Below are positions 55,710 to 61,219 of a stretch of 61,219 nucleotides of DNA, in pieces. The DNA comes from Fimbriiglobus sp. (GTDB lineage: Bacteria; Planctomycetota; Planctomycetia; Gemmatales; Gemmataceae), in contig JANYHV010000020.1 in the NCBI GenBank assembly GCA_025362195.1, positions 1 to 61,219 of the forward strand. Reading direction: 5' to 3'. The translations under genes and the position numbers were made by a program. Below the pieces are notes generated by a model. That model had not been told where the DNA came from, made no database searches, and worked only from the letters and a program-made list of their open reading frames with translations. The stretch's first letter is position 1. Each line of letters begins with the position of its first letter.

Positions 55710-56555
55710 ATGACACCCCCGACCGGCCCCGCGCTCGTCGTCGGCTGCGGCTACCTCGGCCGCCAAGTCGCCGAGGCCTGGCGCGACGACGGCCGCCCGG
55801 TTTACGCCCTCACCCGGAGCCGCGCCGACGAGTTGCGCGCCGCCGGCCTGACCCCCGTGACCGGCGACGTGACCGACCCCGCGAGCCTCGCCGGCCTGCG
55901 CGACTTGCCGCCGCTGACGACGGTGCTGTACGCCGTCGGCATGGACCGCCGCGCGGGCCACTCGATGCGCGAAGTCTACGTCGAGGGCTTGCGCAACGTG
56001 CTCGCGGCGCTGCCGCCGGTCGCGTGTTGGGTCCACGTCAGCAGCACCGGCGTCTACGGCCAAACCGACGGCTCCGTCGTCACCGAGGAGTCGCCGACGG
56101 ACCCGCGCGAGGAGTCCGGCCGCGTCGTGCTGGAGGCGGAGCGGACGCTGCTCGCCGCGCGGCCGGGGGCGACCGTGCTACGCTTCGCCGGCATCTACGG
56201 CCCCGGCCGCTGGCTGCGCAAGGCCGCGCTCTTGGCCGGCGAGCCGTACACCGCCGACGCCGACAAGTGGCTGAACCTCATTCACCTCGCCGACGGCGTG
56301 CAAGCGGTGCGCTGCGCCGAGTCGCATGCGGCCGGCGGCGTCTTCAACGTCGCCGACGACGAGCCGGTGCGGCGGCGCGACTTCTACACGGAGTCGGCGC
56401 GCTTACTGGGTGCCCCGCCGGCGAAGTTCACCGCGCCGGGCACGCCGGTCGCCGAAGCGAACCGCCGCGTCAGCAACGCGCTCGCGCGCCGGGTGTTGGG
56501 CTTCACGCCGCGGTACCCGAGTTACCGCGAGGGGTTGGCCGCGTCGGGCGGATGA
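55710..56555 (+). CDS. NAD-dependent epimerase/dehydratase (atypical SDR, YeeZ-like)
   Basis: VVGCGYLG, SSTGVYG, LRFAGIYGPGR, NLIHLAD, FNVADD, YPSYREGL. Confidence 0.9.
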   Translation: MTPPTGPALVVGCGYLGRQVAEAWRDDGRPVYALTRSRADELRAAGLTPVTGDVTDPASLAGLRDLPPLTTVLYAVGMDRRAGHSMREVYVEGLRNVLAALPPVACWVHVSSTGVYGQTDGSVVTEESPTDPREESGRVVLEAERTLLAARPGATVLRFAGIYGPGRWLRKAALLAGEPYTADADKWLNLIHLADGVQAVRCAESHAAGGVFNVADDEPVRRRDFYTESARLLGAPPAKFTAPGTPVAEANRRVSNALARRVLGFTPRYPSYREGLAASGG

Positions 56556-56579
56556 AACTCCCGGCGAGCGGCGCGGCTT

Positions 56580-56683
56580 GGTCTTCTGTAGCTGGCCTCT
56601 GTGACGCCGGACACGCTTCCCAGCACCAGAGTTAGCGACCCAGGCAGTAAGACCGGCCTCACAGAGGCCAGTTACAGAAGACC
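56580..56683. repeat. REP-doublet/REPIN-like palindrome, family C (GTAG-type)
   Basis: 31-nt arms GGTCTTCTGTAGCTGGCCTCTGTGACGCCGG (56580-56610) and 56653-56683 with two mismatches. The right arm is itself a hairpin (GGCCTC-ACA-GAGGCC). Lies between convergent genes. Confidence 0.85.
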
Positions 56684-56708
56684 GAACCGCCGCCGCGCGG
56701 CGAGGCCC

Positions 56709-57827
56709 TCAGTACCCCAGCTTCTCGATCAGGTCGCCCCACTGCTGGCGGACGACGGCCGCCTGGGACGCGCCCAACTCGAACTTGTTGACGGCGTAGT
56801 CGCGGTTCCGCGCGGCGTACTCCTCGACGCGCGGCCGCACGGCGTCGTAGTCGCCGAGTGACAGGCCGTCGTAGATGCGGCGCATGCCGCCGGGCATGTC
56901 GGGGACGAACTCCTCGTAGCGCACCTCGACGAGTTGCCCCGGCGGGATCAGGTCGCGCGTGGCGAAGTAGCGCGTCATCATCACGCGGAACTCGCGCAGC
57001 ACCTTCGCCTCCAGCGGCGGGCCGCCGCGCGGGGTTTGCAGGCCGTGCGCCGCCGCCATGCTCGTCCACAGCTTCATCGTGGACGAGTACAACGTCAGCG
57101 GGTCGCGGCGGATGTGGACGAACTTCGCCCGCGGGAAGAGTTGCAACAGCTCCGGGATGCGGGCCGTGTGCGGCGGCGACTTCAGCAGCAGCGGCCTCGG
57201 GTCGCGCAGGGCCAGCCGCTTCACGAACTGCAACAGCGTGCGTTGCCACTTCGCCCGGCCCGCCGCCGTCAGCCCCGACAGGTCGAGCGCCCCCGGACTC
57301 ATCGGCGGGTTGTTGGGGAAGGCGATGTCTGTGTACGTGCTCGGCTCGCCCAAGAGCGCCAGCGCGAACTCGTCTTCTTGGGGGCGCTCCCAGCCGGCCG
57401 GCATGTCGTCCATCGGCCGCTTCTTCGGCAGCAGGAACGCCAGGTGCTTCTTGAACAGCGTCTCACTCAACAGGTGGTGGCACGGGTTGAAGCAGTCGTG
57501 CGTCGTCGGCGTCGAGAAGCGGCCGTCGAGCGTCAGCAGTTCGTGCAGCAGTGTGGTGCCGGTGCGCCAGTGGCCCAGCACGAAGATGGGGTCGGCGGCG
57601 AGTTGGTGCCGCGCGGCCCGGTCGCCGTACTGCGCCTCCTGCGCCCAGCGGGCGACGGTGTTGGCGAAGGTGACGACCGACATGATGCCGGCGATGTACC
57701 AGTACGGCGGCTCGACGGCGAAGCGGTTGGTGGCCATCAACTTGAGGAATGCGAAGTAGTCGAGTCCCTCCCACAGCCGGGGGGCCCACTCCCGGCGGGG
57801 TGCCGTCGAACCGGGCGGCGGCGGCAT
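56709..57827 (-). CDS. Sulfotransferase (Stf3-like)
   Basis: 5'-PSB PIFVLGHWRTGTT, PQEDEF, LLKSPPHTAR, 3'-PB HIRRDP...SS, RYEE. Confidence 0.9.
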   Translation of the reverse strand: MPPPPGSTAPRREWAPRLWEGLDYFAFLKLMATNRFAVEPPYWYIAGIMSVVTFANTVARWAQEAQYGDRAARHQLAADPIFVLGHWRTGTTLLHELLTLDGRFSTPTTHDCFNPCHHLLSETLFKKHLAFLLPKKRPMDDMPAGWERPQEDEFALALLGEPSTYTDIAFPNNPPMSPGALDLSGLTAAGRAKWQRTLLQFVKRLALRDPRPLLLKSPPHTARIPELLQLFPRAKFVHIRRDPLTLYSSTMKLWTSMAAAHGLQTPRGGPPLEAKVLREFRVMMTRYFATRDLIPPGQLVEVRYEEFVPDMPGGMRRIYDGLSLGDYDAVRPRVEEYAARNRDYAVNKFELGASQAAVVRQQWGDLIEKLGY

Positions 57828-57846
57828 ACTCGGACCTCGCGGCAAT

Positions 57847-58008
57847 TTAGAAGGAGCGGTGGAACTTCGTGCCCAGGAAGTTCAAGAACCCCACGAGCAC
57901 GAGCCCCAGGAACAGCGCCGTCCAGACGGCGAACGCCCAGCGGTACGGCCGCGTGTTGCCGCCGCCGGGGAACTGCTGGTGCGGCGTCGGGTCGGTCGGG
58001 TCGGTCAT
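57847..58008 (-). CDS. 53-aa single-TM small protein (not in the ORF track)
   Basis: MTDPTDPTPHQQFPGGGNTRPYRWAFAVWTALFLGLVLVGFLNFLGTKFHRSF*. GAGGGAG RBS and high GC3 codons. Confidence 0.65.
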   Translation of the reverse strand: MTDPTDPTPHQQFPGGGNTRPYRWAFAVWTALFLGLVLVGFLNFLGTKFHRSF

Positions 58009-58081
58009 CGGCTCCCTCGCTCGCGGTCACGCCACCCCACCCTATCGACGCTTGGCCGCCCACGACTCCAGGCAATGCGGC

Positions 58082-58501
58082 TCACCGCACCGTCACGTCG
58101 CGGAACACCCCGGCGCTCGAATCGACGATGCGCCGGCGGCGCTCGGTGCGGGGTGCCACGGCCTCGGCCCGCAACTGCCGCAGGTCGTCGAGGGTCGCCT
58201 GGCAGACGTGGCAGCCGACGAGCTTGACGTGCGCGGTCACGTAGGCGGCGAAGTCGTCGTCGAGGATTTCTTCGAGCGCCATCGACAGTTGCTCGCGGGT
58301 CGGGCACGACAGCCGCTCGCGCCACCAGACCGCGCCGATGCTGTGCTCGCCGTGGTCAGTCTCCTGCCTCACCTGGGCGACCAGGGCCAGCAGCGCCGGC
58401 CGCTCGCGGATCGCCTTCTCGACCGCCGCCGCCCGCTCCGGCGGCAGCGCGTCGTGCAGGTAGCCCTCGATGGTGGCGCGGGTAATCGGCTGGTCGGGCA
58501 T
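58082..58501 (-). CDS. Hypothetical protein with anti-sigma zf-HC2-like motifs
   Basis: TIEGYLHDALP..AAAVE and CPTREQL...AHVKLVGCHVC. Start ATG 58501. Confidence 0.7.
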   Translation of the reverse strand: MPDQPITRATIEGYLHDALPPERAAAVEKAIRERPALLALVAQVRQETDHGEHSIGAVWWRERLSCPTREQLSMALEEILDDDFAAYVTAHVKLVGCHVCQATLDDLRQLRAEAVAPRTERRRRIVDSSAGVFRDVTVR

Positions 58502-58569
58502 GGGTCGCACCGCGGGGGCCGTCGGGTTCGCGTGACGCAGTCTTATCAAAGGCGCAAGTCGGGCCGGAT

Positions 58570-59253
58570 TCAAGCCCCCGACGCCGGGTCCGCCACGCCG
58601 GCGTCCGCGAAGCCGGCCCGCCGCAGCACGCAGGCGTCGCACAGGCCGCACGCCAGCCCCCCCGGCGTGGGGTCGTAGCAACTCCAGGTCAGCGCGAGGT
58701 TCACCCCGAGCCGCAGGCCCTCCCGGATGACTTGGACCTTGGTCATCTGCACGAGCGGGGCGTGGACGCGCAGCCGCGTCAGGTTCTCGACGCTCGCCTT
58801 CGTGGCGACGTTCGCCAGCGCCTCGAACGCCTGCAAGAACTCCGGCCGGCAGTCGGGGTAGCCGGCGTAGTCGAGCGCGTTCGCCCCGATGAACAGGTCG
58901 AACGCGCCGAGCGTCTCCGCGTAGCCGAGGGCCAGGCCCAGCAGGATCGTGTTCCGCGCCGGCACGTACGTCGGCGGGATCGACGCCGCCATCCCCGCGG
59001 CCGTGCGGCCCTTGGGCACCGCCGCGTCGCCCGTCAGCGCCGAGCCGCCGATCGCGCGCAAGTCGAGCGACACCGTGCGGTGGCCGGCCGCGCCGAGTTG
59101 CGCCGACACGAGGCCGGCGCTACGCAACTCCCGCGCGTGCCGCTGGCCGTAGTCAACGCTCAGGGCGTAAGTCTCGAAGCCCGACGAGCGCGCCGACGCC
59201 AGCGTCACCGCGCTGTCGAGTCCGCCGCTGAGTAGCACCACCGCCCGCCGCAT
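58570..59253 (-). CDS. queC: 7-cyano-7-deazaguanine synthase
   Basis: LLSGGLDS, YGQRH, TYVPARN, GYPDCRPEF, SCY...CGLCDAC..R. Confidence 0.97.
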   Translation of the reverse strand: MRRAVVLLSGGLDSAVTLASARSSGFETYALSVDYGQRHARELRSAGLVSAQLGAAGHRTVSLDLRAIGGSALTGDAAVPKGRTAAGMAASIPPTYVPARNTILLGLALGYAETLGAFDLFIGANALDYAGYPDCRPEFLQAFEALANVATKASVENLTRLRVHAPLVQMTKVQVIREGLRLGVNLALTWSCYDPTPGGLACGLCDACVLRRAGFADAGVADPASGA

Positions 59254-59338
59254 GACGCCGCCCCCGTTGCCCGTACATTGAGAGCAGAGCTAAGATAGTA
59301 ACTGCCGCCCTGACCCGCCCCCGCGACCGAGTGCCCGC

Positions 59339-59707
59339 ATGGAACTGACCCCGACGCCGTCGGCCGACCAACTCGACACCTTCCCGAACCCTAGCCCGGC
59401 CCGCGACTACACCATCGAGATCGTCTGCCCGGAATTCACGAGCGTCTGCCCGCTGACCGGCCAGCCGGACTTCGGCACGATCACCTACGTCTACACGCCG
59501 CACGACACGAACGTCGAGTTGAAGTCGCTGAAGCTGTACCTGCAACGCTTCCGCAACCAGGGCATCTATTACGAGCAAGTCACCAACCGCCTGCTCGACG
59601 ACTTCATCGCCGCGATTCAGCCGCGCCGCGTGACGATCGTGTCGTCGTGGACCCCGCGCGGCGGCATCACGACCAACGTGACCGTGCGTTACGAGAGGCC
59701 GGCGTGA
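59339..59707 (+). CDS. queF: preQ0 nitrile reductase, unimodular type
   Basis: PEFTSVCPLTGQPDF, VELKSLKLY, PRGGI. Confidence 0.96.
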   Translation: MELTPTPSADQLDTFPNPSPARDYTIEIVCPEFTSVCPLTGQPDFGTITYVYTPHDTNVELKSLKLYLQRFRNQGIYYEQVTNRLLDDFIAAIQPRRVTIVSSWTPRGGITTNVTVRYERPA

Positions 59708-59952
59708 CCGACGAGGTGCCACGCCCGGTGCGATACGTGCTGGTGCTGTCGCTGCTCGCGGTGACGCTGCACTGGCCGTCGCGCGTATACGACACACACA
59801 GTCGAGGCGAGCGGCTGTTGCGCGGCCTGCGCTACTCGCTGTTCAATGCCGCCTTCGGCTGGTGGGGCTTGCCGTGGGGGCCGGTCCGCACCGTGCAGGC
59901 GTTCGCCGCGAACCTGACCGGCGTGCCGGCCGAGGGAGTCGATGATGCGTAA
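59704..59952 (+). CDS. Small hypothetical membrane protein
   Basis: GTG overlaps the queF stop. YVLVLSLLAV and FGWWGLPWGP..TV.A...NL.G. Confidence 0.6.
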   Translation: MTDEVPRPVRYVLVLSLLAVTLHWPSRVYDTHSRGERLLRGLRYSLFNAAFGWWGLPWGPVRTVQAFAANLTGVPAEGVDDA

Positions 59953-61075
59953 GCTCGCCGTGACTTGCTTGCTGCTCGCGGCACCGACCCTGCAAGCGGG
60001 GGTTTACTCGGCCGCGGAGCCGTCGGGGATGCGGGCGGGGCCGGGCGGCACGCTCGTCGAGTTGCCGTACGTCCCGCCGTTCAAATCGTTCCTCGAAGAG
60101 CGATTGAACGCGGCCAACCCGACGATGCCCGACGCAGTTGGGGGTGTCGCTACCTTCCGCGGCCTGCTGAAGTCGCGCGTCGAGGCGCAGTCGGCGAACG
60201 CCCGCCGGCTGCCGCTGCCGCAACAGGTCGCGCACGCCGTCGATCTGATCCGCGTCGGCCGGGCCGGCGACGCCGTGAACTTGCTGGAACCGCGCACGCG
60301 CGACCGCGACCCGGACTACGTTGCCGTGGTCACGCTGGCCCACGCCTACGCCGCCCGCGGCGACTTCGGCGAGGCGATTCGCTGCCACAGCCTGGCGACG
60401 TTCGACGCCCAGCCGCCGACCCAACTGCCGGGGGTTTTGCCCGAGTTGACGGCGAGGTACGTCGAACTTGAGAAGTCGCACTACGCCCGCTGGCTGCAAC
60501 TGCGGCAACGCGAGTCCGGGCAGCGCGAGGGCTTGGCCGAGCAAGAGGTGCTGCCGCTGTTCGGCCCGACGACCAATAACCCCACGCAGACGCCGGTGAA
60601 GTGGGTCAACGAGGCCGGCGGTTACGGGCCGGGCAAACTCGCGGCTGCGCAACGTGCGAAACTCCCGCCCGACGCGGTGGCCGTCGTGCAGCAGTTGCTG
60701 CTGTGGTCGCCGGAAGACACGCGGTTGTTGTGGTTACTCGCCGAGTTGTACGTCGCCGACGGGCAGTTGCGCGATGCCGACCAAGTCTTCGACCAGTGTA
60801 CCTGGGGCCGCAACTTCACGAACCGGCGGGTGCTGCTGGAGCACCGCGCGATCGTCCGGGATTTGGTCGCGGCGATGCCGGCCGAGACGATGGACATTTT
60901 GCCGGACGCGACCCCGACGGCCGACGACGCCGACAGGAAAGCGGCTCAGAAGTGGCAAGAACTCCAGCCGCAACTGCTCGAAGCGGCCGGAATTTTAGCA
61001 GCCTTCGCGACGCTGTTCGTCGGCCTCGCCGTGCGGGCCGTCCTGCGACGGCGATCCCGCACTCCTAGGGTTTGA
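59942..61075 (+). CDS. Secreted TPR-like protein with C-terminal membrane anchor
   Basis: Signal peptide, LAHAYAARGDFGEA, LLWLLAELY..DG, C-terminal TM followed by RRR. Confidence 0.78.
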   Translation: MMRKLAVTCLLLAAPTLQAGVYSAAEPSGMRAGPGGTLVELPYVPPFKSFLEERLNAANPTMPDAVGGVATFRGLLKSRVEAQSANARRLPLPQQVAHAVDLIRVGRAGDAVNLLEPRTRDRDPDYVAVVTLAHAYAARGDFGEAIRCHSLATFDAQPPTQLPGVLPELTARYVELEKSHYARWLQLRQRESGQREGLAEQEVLPLFGPTTNNPTQTPVKWVNEAGGYGPGKLAAAQRAKLPPDAVAVVQQLLLWSPEDTRLLWLLAELYVADGQLRDADQVFDQCTWGRNFTNRRVLLEHRAIVRDLVAAMPAETMDILPDATPTADDADRKAAQKWQELQPQLLEAAGILAAFATLFVGLAVRAVLRRRSRTPRV

Positions 61076-61079
61076 CGGC

Positions 61080-61219
61080 CTACTTCTTGGCACTCAAGGC
61101 GTTGTAGTAGTCGAGCATGGCGCGGTACATCGCCAAGTAAGCCTCGTCGTCGCCGTTGGCGTGATTGGCGACGGCCATGTTGTACTTGCCCAGGTGCTTG
61201 ACGTATTCGTTGACGCCCG
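61080..61219 (-). CDS. Partial CDS (C-terminus only), unknown function
   Basis: Open frame ...GVNEYVKHLGKYNMAVANHANGDDEAYLAMYRAMLDYYNALSAKK* ending at TAG 61080, with strong codon bias. Confidence 0.7.
   Translation of the reverse strand, partial: GVNEYVKHLGKYNMAVANHANGDDEAYLAMYRAMLDYYNALSAKK

Noticed and set aside
4-56683. Palindromic repeats as a CRISPR array
   Set aside because: They are isolated inverted pairs, not direct repeats with regular spacers, and there are no cas genes.
59254-59338. preQ1 riboswitch
   Set aside because: No recognisable stem-loop with the conserved loop and A-rich tail on either strand.
58570-59707. Dpd/7-deazaguanine DNA-modification or QatC-type defence island
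   Set aside because: These are ordinary QueC and QueF with no dpdA/tgt paralogue or defence genes. QueF points to tRNA queuosine synthesis.

Overview
High-GC bacterial chromosomal window, most likely from a planctomycete of the Gemmataceae type. This is inferred from TIGR02996 and TIGR03067 domain proteins, a BBP7-type beta-barrel, very long LepB paralogues and many PQQ/WD40/TPR proteins. It holds about 50 densely packed CDS, mostly housekeeping: metF, ggt, proB, cbiET/cobL, fliA, rlmI-like, DEAD helicase, hpt, glgC, mutS, queC and queF. I found no rRNA, tRNA, CRISPR array or transposase. The two best candidates for an undescribed system are (1) a KamA-type radical SAM aminomutase + two Ddl-like ATP-grasp ligases (one fused to a GNAT) + Cys-cluster protein cluster at 45.7-50.8 kb, suggesting a beta-amino-acid peptide or osmolyte pathway, and (2) a translationally coupled operon at 3.5-8.1 kb encoding a YbgC-like thioesterase, an ExbB/TolQ/MotA-like channel, two ExbD-like proteins and a membrane-anchored P-loop GTPase with no TonB/TolA, directly behind two Zn-ribbon signal peptidases. 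The window also has five long palindromic REP-doublet (REPIN-like) elements in three sequence families, a decayed AT-richer membrane-protein pseudogene, and a 53-aa membrane protein missing from the ORF track. All functional calls come from motif recognition only; no database searches were run.
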